Origin: Candidatus Shapirobacteria bacterium
Lineage (GTDB): Bacteria > Patescibacteriota > Microgenomatia > UBA12405
Reading direction: 5' to 3'
Length of the DNA stretch: 64,000 nucleotides
Assembly: GCA_041659325.1 (NCBI GenBank)
Contig: JBAZYN010000001.1
Location: forward strand, 3,098 to 67,097
How positions within the stretch are numbered: position 1 is the stretch's first letter; the number at the start of each line of letters is the position of its first letter. Below are positions 7,949 through 18,417 of the stretch, one piece after another. The notes beneath the pieces are model-generated. The model did not search any database. It saw only the letters and a list, made by a program, of their open reading frames with translations, and had not been told where the DNA came from. A program made the position numbers and the translations under genes.

Positions 7949-9318
7949 ATGTGTGGAATTTTTGGAGTTTATAGTAAAAACCTGGAAGCCTCCAGACTGG
8001 TTCATAGCGGTCTGTGGGCCCTTCAACACCGCGGACAAGAGGGTTCAGGCATTGTTTCCTCTGATGGCAGAAAATTACACGTCCATCGGGGTATGGGCTT
8101 GGTTGCTTCCGTTTACAACGAGGAAAACCTTCTCAGCTTACCCGGTCCCATTGCCATCGGCCACAATCGCTATTCAACTTCCGGCGGTGCCGGATGTGAT
8201 CACTTACAGCCGGTAATTAGAGAAGATCGGATACTCGCACTAGCTCATAATGGTAACCTTCCGACTACTGATAAATTAAAATTGTTCTTAACCTCGAAAG
8301 GGATCAATACCAACTCCTGAACGACTCGGAACTCATGAGAAAAGCCGTTGGTTATTACCTGGTCAAGGGCATGAGTTTGGAAAAGGCGGTTGAAAAATCA
8401 TACCCATTATTTACCGGAGTTTTTTCCTGTCTTTTGATGACCGCCGACAAAATCGTTGCCATCCGCGACCGTCATGGAGTCAGACCTCTGTCAATAGGCA
8501 CCCTGGAAGACGGGAGCACCGTCTTTTCATCAGAGACATGTGGTCTCAACATAATTGGTGCCAAATGGAAACGCGACGTTCTGCCCGGGGAAATGGTTTC
8601 AGTTGATCACCATGGCCTCGAATCACAGCAGTTGGTCTCCGGCAAAGAAATGATCGATGTCTTTGAGTTTGTATATTTTTCCCGGCCCGATAGCAATATT
8701 GCCGGGAAAAATGTTAATCAAGTCAGAAAAAATTTAGGACGCCAATTGGCTCATGAAGTTTCAGTTAAGGCCGATTTAGTCATCCCCATCCCTGATTCGG
8801 CCATCCCCGCCGCCATAGGTTTCTCAGAAATATCAAAAATACCCTTCGACATGGGTATCATCAAAAATCGCTATATCCACCGGACCTTTATACGCCCTGC
8901 CCAAAACATTAGGGAAGGCGACATAAAAATTAAACTTAATCCTCTCTCTTCAATAATCAGCGGCAAAAAAATAGCCCTGATGGACGATTCTATCGTCCGG
9001 GGGACTACTTCCCGGGAAATTGTTAGCCTGCTTCGCCAAGCCGGGGCCACAGAAGTCCATTTTTTAGTCAGTTCCCCTCCGGTCAAATACCCGGATTTTT
9101 ATGGTATCGATACCCCGCGCCAGGATCAGCTTATTGCTGCTGTCAAAAATATCAAAGAGACAAAAGAATATATCCGCGCCGATAGTTTAAACTACTTATC
9201 ATACAAAGGTATGCTAAAAGCCGTTGGTTTACCCGAAAATCACCTCTGCACCTCATGTTTTTCCGGTCAATATCCGATTAGTATTGGTTCTCGTCTAAAC
9301 GATATTAAAATAATATAA
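7949..9318 (+). pseudogene. purF: Amidophosphoribosyltransferase split by a 1-bp frameshift near 8316 (pseudogene or sequencing error)
   Basis: MCGIFG, LQHRGQE and HNGN in 7949-8320; LMDDSIVRGTT and FYGID in 8335-9318, in a different frame; adding one C at aactcc^tgaac restores ...NSLNDSELMRK. Confidence 0.88.
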
Positions 9319-9327
9319 TAATCCAAG

Positions 9328-9837
9328 ATGAAAAAAATAATTTTTATTTTAGGCATTAGTTTTATGTTAGTCGGTTGTGGACAGACCCCCATCCCTTCTT
9401 CTTCCGGTCTCTCTGGTCCCACCCAACCTCCCAAAGATATTTTTACGACTATCAAAGATGCTGTCCAAAAACAATTAGTTTTAAAATGCGAATATACCGA
9501 CGAAGATGGTAGTAAAACCCAGACATATATAAAAGGGCAAACCGTCCGAATGATCGGTCAGGGAGACGACAATAAAAAATTAAATGGTCTGATGAAAGAC
9601 GGTAAATTTTATATCTGGAGTGAAGAAAATATGCAGGGAATGGTCATAGACATTGGCAAAATGGAGGGTGCCTCAATGGGTAAAACTCCTATCAACAGTA
9701 TTGACGATGTCATTGGTGTCTTAGAGTCCCAAAAAGATAAATGTATTGTCTCTCCCGAAAGTACGGGCCTTCTGGATCTTCCCGCCGATATCAAGTTTAC
9801 CGATAGCGGCAGTATTTTTGGTGGAACAGAAAACTAG
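9328..9837 (+). CDS. Lipoprotein of unknown function
   Basis: Signal peptide with lipobox LVGC. Confidence 0.75.
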   Translation: MKKIIFILGISFMLVGCGQTPIPSSSGLSGPTQPPKDIFTTIKDAVQKQLVLKCEYTDEDGSKTQTYIKGQTVRMIGQGDDNKKLNGLMKDGKFYIWSEENMQGMVIDIGKMEGASMGKTPINSIDDVIGVLESQKDKCIVSPESTGLLDLPADIKFTDSGSIFGGTEN

Positions 9838-9855
9838 GTTTATCTCGATTAACCC

Positions 9856-9888
9856 AAAAACCCCCCTTCGATAAACTCAGGGGGGTTT
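9856..9888. terminator. Bidirectional terminator / REP-like hairpin between convergent genes
   Basis: aaaaacccccc-ttcgataaactca-ggggggttt. Confidence 0.7.
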
Positions 9889-9910
9889 AAGTTTACAAAA
9901 TCAAAATAGC

Positions 9911-10252
9911 TTAGTATCTTGAGCTTCCGCCGCGATAACCGCCGCTTCCGCCTCGTGAATCATGACCGCCGCTGGAATAGTTGTCTCTTCGTGGCGCTCT
10001 TTCTTCCATTGGTTTGGCTTCGTTAACTTTTACGCTTCGACCATCCAATTCTTTGTCATTCCACATATCGATTGCTGCTTGAGCCTGTTCATCGGTCTCC
10101 ATTTCTACAAATCCGAATCCCTTGGACCTGCCGGAGAATTTGTCCATGATAATAATTGCGGATACCACGGTTCCCGCTTGAGCAAATGCTGCTCTCAAAG
10201 TGTCCTCGGTTGTCTGAAAAGACAGGCCGCCGACATACAATTTTTTTGCCAT
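9911..10252 (-). CDS. RRM RNA-binding protein with Gly/Arg/Ser-rich tail
   Basis: RNP2 LYVGGL, RNP1 KGFGFVEM. Confidence 0.95.
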   Translation of the reverse strand: MAKKLYVGGLSFQTTEDTLRAAFAQAGTVVSAIIIMDKFSGRSKGFGFVEMETDEQAQAAIDMWNDKELDGRSVKVNEAKPMEERAPRRDNYSSGGHDSRGGSGGYRGGSSRY

Positions 10253-10376
10253 TTTTGGTTAAAAAAATTAATAAATGTAGCGACCTTCTGATCAAATTTA
10301 CTTGACTGACATCACTCTACAGTAGGTATTATACCTTATTTAACAAAAAAAATGTCAAGTAGTCGGGGGCTACCGG

Positions 10377-11267
10377 TTACGACATCGTCCGGGTCATTAT
10401 CCACAAAACCATGCATCGGGCGAGATAGTAGGCATTTTCCGGTACCGAAGGAATTTTGTTTACAATTCTTTCCCACCATCTATACTTTTTCGGTAGACTT
10501 TGTTCCCATACGAGGTATTTATTTTTTATCCTTTCCACAATTTCTTTTGGCTCCATGTCCGAATAATTCAAAATTGACTCTCCCTCAGAAAAAGTCACTC
10601 TGCATTGCGGCATTATCATTGAAACTCCCGGAATTAATCTAAAATAATCCCACTCCGATGTCCCCGAAAGATGCGCCATTATTATTTTGGTTTTTCGGTT
10701 AGTCATGGCACTTTTAATCAGATATCCGATCCCCGAAAACCACTTTCCCTTTTTCCCGCCACCTCCCGGAAACATCGAAACCATTCCACCGTTTTTGACT
10801 ATCGAGGCTGCTTTATTAATACTTTCTATATTTTTCAGGTGGGATACTTCCTTCGGAAGACTCTCGCTCGAGTGGATTTTTCGGAAAATTCTCAGCAATA
10901 AATTATTTAGCTTGTCTCTGTTGTCGAGCAATCGGTAATTTATATGAACCGGAATCAAGTGGTTATCAATATTGGACAACATCCCCAAAAAATTTGAGCT
11001 AATTATAAGAAAGCTGTCTTCTCTCGGTTCCTGTGCTGCTGTCAACACCACCACGTCCGTCATCGCCGGGTGATTTGACACTACAATCACCGGCTCACTC
11101 TTAAGAATGGATTTCAGCCGTCTATTTTTATTAAATACTTTCAGTTTTGTGCCTGTTGCCGTCAAAATCTCGCGCATTATCCCCTGATAACCCAACTTTA
11201 GTGATTTCTCGTTAAAATCTCTTACTATTTTCCCCACCAAAGGCAAACAGTCCAATTTTTTCACCAT
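10377..11267 (-). CDS. PlsC-like lysophospholipid acyltransferase family protein
   Basis: HX4D motif NHPAMTD; FPGG block in place of FPEG. Confidence 0.7.
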   Translation of the reverse strand: MVKKLDCLPLVGKIVRDFNEKSLKLGYQGIMREILTATGTKLKVFNKNRRLKSILKSEPVIVVSNHPAMTDVVVLTAAQEPREDSFLIISSNFLGMLSNIDNHLIPVHINYRLLDNRDKLNNLLLRIFRKIHSSESLPKEVSHLKNIESINKAASIVKNGGMVSMFPGGGGKKGKWFSGIGYLIKSAMTNRKTKIIMAHLSGTSEWDYFRLIPGVSMIMPQCRVTFSEGESILNYSDMEPKEIVERIKNKYLVWEQSLPKKYRWWERIVNKIPSVPENAYYLARCMVLWIMTRTMS

Positions 11268-11333
11268 TATTATAATCTATCATTCTTTGTTTGCCCCCAT
11301 CAAAGATATTTTTATAATGTAAAATACATACAT

Positions 11334-12404
11334 ATGTCGGTCAATCAGGCTAATTTTAACTATTATCTCCCTGCCGAGTTGATTGCTGCCGCTCCATCAA
11401 ATCCCCGTGATAGCTGCAGGTTAATCACTCTAAACAGGCATACCGGTTCAATAAATCAGACTTATTTTTATAAATTGATCGATCAATTAACCGAAAATGA
11501 TGTTTTAGTTCTTAACCAGAGTAAAGTTTTCCCGGCCCGAATTTTTGGCAAAAAAGAAACGGGCGGCCGGATAGAACTATTATTACTGCGATCCCTCAGT
11601 GACTTCACCTGGACAGCTATCTCAAAGCCGGGTGCCAGAATCGACACCCAACTTATCTTCCCACGGAATCTAAAAGGCAAAGTAGTTAGCCGGACTGTCA
11701 GCACGGGAGAGATAGACATCGAATTTAACCAGAACAAAAATGAATTATTAAAAACATTACACGCAATTGGTCACACCCCCCTTCCTCCATATATTAGCTC
11801 AAAAGAGCCAGAAGCCGATCTTCGCCGCAACTACCAGACTGTTTTTGCCACTGATGTCGGTTCTGCGGCTGCTCCCACCGCCGGGCTTCATTTTACCCAA
11901 AAGCTTTTAAAAAAAATAAAAAGTAAAGGCATCCAATTGGAATATCTTACTCTCCATGTCGGACTTGGAACTTTTCAACCGCTTAGGCAGGAAAACATTA
12001 CCAATAAAAAGCTTCATCTCGAGTACTACGAAATTGCCCCGGACGTGTTAGCCCGACTCAATCAGGCCAAGAGTGCCGGCAAAAGAATTATCGCCGTCGG
12101 CACAACTTCGGCCAGAGCTTTGGAATCAGCTTCAACTGATCAGGGCGTACTTATCCGCGGAACTTCTGCTACCGATATTTTTATCTTTCCACCATACAAA
12201 TTTAAATTTGTCGATAGTCTTATTACCAATTTTCATCTCCCGGAATCAAGCCTATTAATGCTAGTTTCTGCTTTTGTGTCATTCCCCAACACGGTTTTTC
12301 AATATAACGACTTTTTGACATCATCTATCGGACAGGTATATTTAAAAGCCATCGAGAGTAAGTATCTTTTTTTCAGCTTCGGTGACGCTTGTTGGATTTA
12401 TTAA
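11334..12404 (+). CDS. queA: S-adenosylmethionine:tRNA ribosyltransferase-isomerase
   Basis: PLPPYI, YQTVFA, AAPTAGLHFT, LHVGLGTF, TNFHLPESS, FFSFGD. Confidence 0.97.
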   Translation: MSVNQANFNYYLPAELIAAAPSNPRDSCRLITLNRHTGSINQTYFYKLIDQLTENDVLVLNQSKVFPARIFGKKETGGRIELLLLRSLSDFTWTAISKPGARIDTQLIFPRNLKGKVVSRTVSTGEIDIEFNQNKNELLKTLHAIGHTPLPPYISSKEPEADLRRNYQTVFATDVGSAAAPTAGLHFTQKLLKKIKSKGIQLEYLTLHVGLGTFQPLRQENITNKKLHLEYYEIAPDVLARLNQAKSAGKRIIAVGTTSARALESASTDQGVLIRGTSATDIFIFPPYKFKFVDSLITNFHLPESSLLMLVSAFVSFPNTVFQYNDFLTSSIGQVYLKAIESKYLFFSFGDACWIY

Positions 12405-12459
12405 CGCCCACTTTCCACATAATTGAATTTTTTTACAATCCGTATATCATTAAATTATT

Positions 12460-12990
12460 ATGAAAAAGCGCCAAACTCCCAAAACCAAAAAAATACCTTC
12501 CGGTTCTTCCCTGTTACCTGTCCTATCTCAAGAGACAATTCAGTGGCAGAGACAAAATATCCCCCTTCTGGCTGGTTTTGTAATCATTGCCGCCTGTTTC
12601 GTTCTGACCCTGACAAAGCTATCGGCCGTCAAGCCCGAGCCAATTGCAGCCAACCCTTCGCCCCCAATCGACACCCAGTCGGTTTCCGACTGTACCCCCT
12701 CTCCGGATATCTTTTCCGGTATCGGTGTCAGGTTGGAGCAAGTTGAAAACAAAGTCCGTGTCCAAAAAACAATTCCCGGATCGCCTGCTGAAAAAAACGA
12801 TATTTTGTCGGGTGATGTTATTTACCGGGTAGACGAAACTCCTGTTGTCGACGTAAACGACGCTGTTGCCAGAATCAGGGGAGAAATTGGCGTTCCTGTA
12901 AGAATTATTTTATATCGCAATAACCTCCGTCTGGACAAGACGATTGTCAGGGACAACATTGTCGACGAAGAAAACTTAATCTGCCGGTAG
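12460..12990 (+). CDS. Membrane-anchored PDZ-domain protein (CtpA-like PDZ, no protease domain)
   Basis: TM, then FSGIGVRL...PGSPAEK..GDVIYRVD...IRGEIG. Confidence 0.8.
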   Translation: MKKRQTPKTKKIPSGSSLLPVLSQETIQWQRQNIPLLAGFVIIAACFVLTLTKLSAVKPEPIAANPSPPIDTQSVSDCTPSPDIFSGIGVRLEQVENKVRVQKTIPGSPAEKNDILSGDVIYRVDETPVVDVNDAVARIRGEIGVPVRIILYRNNLRLDKTIVRDNIVDEENLICR

Positions 12991-12998
12991 TTTTAAAA

Positions 12999-15900
12999 AT
13001 GAAAAAGTCGACCAAGCTTTTATTTGTAATAATTTGTATTATTTTATTTCTATCCGGTTCACTGTTTCTTAGGCTAAAAATCAAAAAACCCGTCAACACA
13101 AGTGTTGTGCCAATGGATATCGAGTTTGCTGCCTCAAAAAAAAGTTCATCAGGGGTCGACCCCCAATCACCAATTATTATCTCCAGTAGTCAAACTCTTG
13201 ATGCCCAAGCCATTTCTCAAGCCATAAAAATTACCCCGGAAGCCGATTACTCGGTCAAAAAAATAAACGATAACTCAGCCGAGCTTAACTTTAGAAAACC
13301 TCTCGAAAAATCAACCGTCTATCAAATTAGTCTAAATCGCTCAAGATGGGCTTTTCAAATCGAGTCTCCCCTTGCCGTTACCGGTTCTTTGCCCGGCAAC
13401 AAATCTACCGATGTCAACCCCAATACCTCAATAGAGTTTTATTTGAATAATCCTGATTTTCTTACATCAGCCAACCAATATTTTAATATTCAGCCATCCG
13501 TTTCCGGCCGTTTTGAAAAACATCAAAATTCTCTCGTGTTCATCCCCTCATCTCTTACCGCCGACACCTTATACACCGTTACTCTTAAAAAGGGATTTCC
13601 TCTGGCCGACAATTCCCAAAAATTACCCGATGATTTTTCTTTTCAATTCGAAACAGGCAATACCGACAAAACTCAAGTTTCGCGTTTTGATTTTCAAAAA
13701 CCCATCTTCGAGTCATCTCCCGACAAACCTCCTATCGCCATTATCAGCAATTGGGATCCGCCCTCTCAAAAAGTAAAAGCCAAGCTTTATCAATTCAACA
13801 GTACTGATTTCCAAGACTGTCTGACCCAAAAGATTGCCCTTCCTTCCTGGGCTCGTCATAGCCGATATTATCGTTGCCAAACTACCGGGAAATCAATTTC
13901 TGAGTTTGAGTTGGACACAAAATCCCCCACAGAATATGGCTCGAAATACCTGGAACTTCCTTCAAAATTACCCATCGGGTATTATGCCCTTGAAGTCATC
14001 AACCCCGACACCTCAATCAGCCAAACATTAATTGAAGTATCACCCCTTTCATGGTTTTATTGGATAGGAGTCGATGATTCTTTGTTTTGGGTAAACGATT
14101 TGGTTTCTCAAAAACCACTTGCCGACGTTAAACTCTTTCTCGGCTCAAAAGAGCTTGGTGCTTCAAATACCGAAGGATTAGTCAAGCTCACTACCCACAG
14201 CGATTTAAAATCCCGTCAAAACCAAATACTAACCATAAAAACCGCCCTCTTTACCGCCTATAATCTCATTGAATATCAGAATACCTATGGCGGCTATTTT
14301 GCTTCTTCCGAAGCCGAAATAGAAAAAAACAAATATTGGTCGTATCTGTACACCGATAGAGCGATATATCTTCCTTCCGACAAGATTAGTTTTTGGGGCA
14401 TCGTAAAATCACGAGCCATCCAATCCCAAGAGCCAATTACCGTCGAGCTCTCCCGGAATTCTTACTCTTATTGGCGAGAGGAAAATTCTTCGGACAATAT
14501 AATCAAAAAAATAGAAATCACCCCATCCAATCATGGCACATTTCAGGGGGTCTTTGATTTCTCCAACCTAAACCCGGGATATTACAGTCTCATTGCCAAA
14601 AAAGGGGACACCTTTATCACCCAACAAGGTTTTTCGGTTGAAACTTTTAAAAAACCCATCTTTCGGATTACAGCTAAACCTCAAAAACTTGTCATCTGGG
14701 CCGGTCAGCCAAACAAAGTTGATCTTTCGGTAAAATTTTATGACGGCACTCCTGTTTCCGAGACCCCAATAGTTTGGAATATGTACGATAGCACCGGAAA
14801 TAAAAAAGGTGAAATTATAACCGACAAGGCCGGAAATGCTAGCCTTGAGATCCCAACCGTTTACGACTCAACAAAAAATTATTGGCCGCAAAATGTCTCG
14901 GTCAACTTCCGACCCAAGGGTATGCAGGAAGCCGACATCGACACCTACACTTCCTTCTTTGTGTTTGGGCCGGAATATAATTTGACCGTAGATTCGGAAA
15001 CCATAGACAGTCAATCCCGGATCACTGTCACCGTAAGAAAAAATGACCTAAGTTTATTAGAGAAATCTCCCTGGAAGAATGAAGGAAACCCGGTGGCAAA
15101 CCAGTCCGTTTCTGTCAAAACCGAACGGGTCTGGTACGACAAAGTAGAAACCGGAGACTACTACGATCCTATCAACAAAATCACCTCAAAAAGATATCGG
15201 TACGATAAAAAAACCGAAGGTGTGTCCAGCCAAAACTTAATCACCGATAGCAACGGCAAGGTCACCTATTCTCAGCCGGTTATCTCCGGTCAGCAATACG
15301 AAATTTTCGTCACTGCAATTGACTCCCAAAATCGGCCTACCAAATCCACTATCTATATTTCCGGCTCCAACTCGTCATCATTCGCTGATTTTTATGCCAA
15401 AACTTCAAAAGACAAGTATTCTCTCGGAGATCAAATAGAAGTATCTCTTAATTACGGCAATGATCCGGCTCCGACTTCCGAACCCAACAAATATCTCATT
15501 TTCTTTGTCAGAAATGGAAAAATTTATAACACGACCGTTTCCGAAAATAATAAACTTAGTTTTCAATTCGGAAACGATTACGTTCCAAATATAATTTTGA
15601 AAAGCGTTTGGTTTAGTGGTTCTACCTACAAGATCAGCAACAATGCCCGTAGCTTCTTGACAAACGGCCTCAACCTCACCTTCGACACCTCATCAAAGGA
15701 GCTGAATATTGATGCAAAAACCGACAAGTCAAAATATCAACCAGGGGAAGAAGCCCTGGTTGAATTATCTGTTAAAAATAACGCCAATCAGCCTCAACCC
15801 AATACCAAAGTCCTTCTTTCGGTGGTAGATGAGTCACTCAGTGATATCGGCGGAATCTCTTCTTCCGGCATCCTATCAGAATTATATTCTTCACTCGGTG

Positions 15901-17831
15901 AAGGTCGATTGGTAGATTATTACTCAAATCAAGTACCCGAAAATGGTGGCGGGGCCGAAGGCGGTGGCGGCGGTGGAGAGAGCCGTTCAGTATTCAAAAA
16001 TACTGTTGCTTTTACCGAACTCACCACCGATGCCACGGGGGTCGCTAAGTACAAACTAAAATTTCCCGACAATATTACCTCCTGGCGGGCTACCATGCTA
16101 GCCGTCGGGAATGATCTCTCGGCCGGAGATGGTCAGTTACTTATTCCTGTTACCAAGCCGCTTTTTGTCGACATAGTGACCAACGACGAATTTATCATCA
16201 CCGATAAACCAAAAATTACTGCCATCAGCTACGGCGAGGGCCTCGACACTGATTCGCAAATTAGTTATTCTCTTAACTCTCCCAGCTTAGGGATAAACCT
16301 CAAAAATATCTCCCAAAAAGCTTTTCTTCCGCTCGAATTTGATTTAGGTCAATTAGTCCCCGGGAAGCACCGCCTCGAGGTCAAGACTTCCTCCGGCAGC
16401 TTCAACGATATCCTGATTAAAACCATAGATGTGGTCAAAAGCCGAAACCTATTGCCAAAACAGGAAATAATAAGTTTAGACAAACAGTACAAGCCAATCT
16501 TTACCAGCCAACGCCCGGTGTACTTTACCTTTATCGACAAAGGCCTGAACTCCCTCTACTCAAAATTAAAACAATTTACCGGCCTCAACTCCTATGGTCT
16601 CAATGAGAGAGTAGACCGCCTAGTTGCAGAAAATATTTCTGTCGGACTTTTATCCCAATATTTTTCCGAAGATACGGTGGAAACCGAAGAAAGCTTTAGC
16701 CGGTATATCCACGAAAAAGGTGTCAGTCTCATGCCCAACTCCGATGCCGATCTGGTATTGACAGCCAAGTTCGCCGCCGCCAATCTTCCGCTCGTCAGTA
16801 AATCTCAGCTTTCCTCCGCCCTCTCGACCTACTTTCGTCAAGAAACTTCCATTGAGCGGGCCAGTGCCGCTCTTTGGGGTCTTTCGGAAACCGGCAAATC
16901 TCTTCTTACCTCCATCGATATCTTATCGAAAGAAAAAAATACTCCCCGGGGCCAAATCTATCTCGGGCTAGCTTTAGCTTCCCAGGGTGATCAAATTTCC
17001 GCCGGGAAGATCCTGAATGAAATTATTGCCAAATACGGCGTAAAACAGGATCCATATCTTTTCATCAAAGTCGACAACAATGAGCAAAATACCCTCGAAA
17101 ATACAGCTTTGGCCATGATCTTATCGGCCAAAGTCGGCTCCATTGAACTGCTTGATAAACTGTGGTCATATCTTGATATTGCCAAATCAGAAGAACAACT
17201 TTATGTCTTGGAAAAAGCCATTACCATAAAATCGTCCATCGCCTCATACCCATCATCACTCTCCGAGTTTGAATATCAGTTATTGGGTCAAAAGTTTACT
17301 AAAAAATTATCCGACGATAAAATCCATACAGTCGTGGTTCCTCAAAACGAATTATCCACTTTCTCTGCCACCCCTATTTCCGGTTCAGTCGATATTATTG
17401 TTCGCTGGTGGGAAGATTTTGACTTATCTCAAGTTACGGTTAACCAAAATATTTCTCTCGATGTTTCTACCGCTCCCATATCCAAAATATCCGGTTCTGA
17501 ATACATGGAGTTTATCGTTACCCCCAAAATTTCCAAAAACACCACCAACGAATCATATTTAGTTTCCGTCAATCTCCCCTCCGGGCTCAGACTAATCGAC
17601 AATCCCTACTTCTATAAAACCCTGAGCGGGAAAAATGAATTTTTCAGTTTCCCATCATATATTGAAAATAACCGGCTCATTTTCCGATCAAATTTTACCT
17701 ATCCTATTCGCTTTTTAGCCCGACCAATCAACAAAGGTCAATTTTCTTTCGAGCCGTCATTTCTTTATTCGTCAAGCACTATTAATCAGCTAAATGTCTC
17801 GAAACCTCATCCTGATATCACTATTAATTAG
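12999..17831 (+). CDS. Alpha-2-macroglobulin family protein with N-terminal Ig-like (Big_5) domains
   Basis: YTDRAIYLP, TDKSKYQPGE, SVVDES, RSVF.NT, FPDNITSWR MG-domain motifs; 1610 aa. Confidence 0.88.
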   Translation: MKKSTKLLFVIICIILFLSGSLFLRLKIKKPVNTSVVPMDIEFAASKKSSSGVDPQSPIIISSSQTLDAQAISQAIKITPEADYSVKKINDNSAELNFRKPLEKSTVYQISLNRSRWAFQIESPLAVTGSLPGNKSTDVNPNTSIEFYLNNPDFLTSANQYFNIQPSVSGRFEKHQNSLVFIPSSLTADTLYTVTLKKGFPLADNSQKLPDDFSFQFETGNTDKTQVSRFDFQKPIFESSPDKPPIAIISNWDPPSQKVKAKLYQFNSTDFQDCLTQKIALPSWARHSRYYRCQTTGKSISEFELDTKSPTEYGSKYLELPSKLPIGYYALEVINPDTSISQTLIEVSPLSWFYWIGVDDSLFWVNDLVSQKPLADVKLFLGSKELGASNTEGLVKLTTHSDLKSRQNQILTIKTALFTAYNLIEYQNTYGGYFASSEAEIEKNKYWSYLYTDRAIYLPSDKISFWGIVKSRAIQSQEPITVELSRNSYSYWREENSSDNIIKKIEITPSNHGTFQGVFDFSNLNPGYYSLIAKKGDTFITQQGFSVETFKKPIFRITAKPQKLVIWAGQPNKVDLSVKFYDGTPVSETPIVWNMYDSTGNKKGEIITDKAGNASLEIPTVYDSTKNYWPQNVSVNFRPKGMQEADIDTYTSFFVFGPEYNLTVDSETIDSQSRITVTVRKNDLSLLEKSPWKNEGNPVANQSVSVKTERVWYDKVETGDYYDPINKITSKRYRYDKKTEGVSSQNLITDSNGKVTYSQPVISGQQYEIFVTAIDSQNRPTKSTIYISGSNSSSFADFYAKTSKDKYSLGDQIEVSLNYGNDPAPTSEPNKYLIFFVRNGKIYNTTVSENNKLSFQFGNDYVPNIILKSVWFSGSTYKISNNARSFLTNGLNLTFDTSSKELNIDAKTDKSKYQPGEEALVELSVKNNANQPQPNTKVLLSVVDESLSDIGGISSSGILSELYSSLGEGRLVDYYSNQVPENGGGAEGGGGGGESRSVFKNTVAFTELTTDATGVAKYKLKFPDNITSWRATMLAVGNDLSAGDGQLLIPVTKPLFVDIVTNDEFIITDKPKITAISYGEGLDTDSQISYSLNSPSLGINLKNISQKAFLPLEFDLGQLVPGKHRLEVKTSSGSFNDILIKTIDVVKSRNLLPKQEIISLDKQYKPIFTSQRPVYFTFIDKGLNSLYSKLKQFTGLNSYGLNERVDRLVAENISVGLLSQYFSEDTVETEESFSRYIHEKGVSLMPNSDADLVLTAKFAAANLPLVSKSQLSSALSTYFRQETSIERASAALWGLSETGKSLLTSIDILSKEKNTPRGQIYLGLALASQGDQISAGKILNEIIAKYGVKQDPYLFIKVDNNEQNTLENTALAMILSAKVGSIELLDKLWSYLDIAKSEEQLYVLEKAITIKSSIASYPSSLSEFEYQLLGQKFTKKLSDDKIHTVVVPQNELSTFSATPISGSVDIIVRWWEDFDLSQVTVNQNISLDVSTAPISKISGSEYMEFIVTPKISKNTTNESYLVSVNLPSGLRLIDNPYFYKTLSGKNEFFSFPSYIENNRLIFRSNFTYPIRFLARPINKGQFSFEPSFLYSSSTINQLNVSKPHPDITIN

Positions 17832-18417
17832 TTTTGCCGTTGGAATCTTTGCCTATACCCGAAAATCAGCCGACGGTTTTACGGTTCTCTTGGTTCCCCA
17901 CAACCATATTTTTCAGCCCAAGATAATGGAGTTTATGGACAGACAATACCACCCAAATATTAAAAATATCATAATCCTGGGAACCAATCATGCCGATGCC
18001 GGTCCTGTGATTCTAAAAAGTGACGACGATTACAGCATCCAAAATATTGTCCCAGTTGTCAAAAAAATGTATCCAACCGCCAACATAATGCCTTATATTT
18101 TTCGTCCCGGCCACGATCTTCTCCAAACTCTATCCTTTTCCGAGGATATCAAAAAAATCTACCACCCCGACAACACGGTTATTATCGCCTCAGTTGATTT
18201 CTCTCACTATACCTCCTTGTCGCAGGCAGATGTCTTTGACCAGGAAACCATTACTGCCCTTAGAAACAGGGACTACAACCAATTAATCACCTGGGGGCCG
18301 GAGCACACTGACTGCCCGGACTGTTTAATCGTATCATCGAATTTAGGCGACAGCTTCTCCCTTACCGGCAGAGAGTATCTTGACGGGACTAGCTATATTT
18401 TTGGTATTTTCCGCTGA
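17794..18417 (+). CDS. MEMO1 / AmmeMemoRadiSam protein B-like, membrane-anchored
   Basis: VPHNH, GTNH, ASVDFSHY, TSY motifs; N-terminal TM. Confidence 0.75.
   Translation: MSRNLILISLLISFAVGIFAYTRKSADGFTVLLVPHNHIFQPKIMEFMDRQYHPNIKNIIILGTNHADAGPVILKSDDDYSIQNIVPVVKKMYPTANIMPYIFRPGHDLLQTLSFSEDIKKIYHPDNTVIIASVDFSHYTSLSQADVFDQETITALRNRDYNQLITWGPEHTDCPDCLIVSSNLGDSFSLTGREYLDGTSYIFGIFR

Noticed and set aside
8318-8320. TGA in purF as recoded Gly/Trp/Sec (genetic code 25 or 4)
   Set aside because: The downstream half is in a different frame, so read-through would not restore the protein; TGA ends many intact genes here
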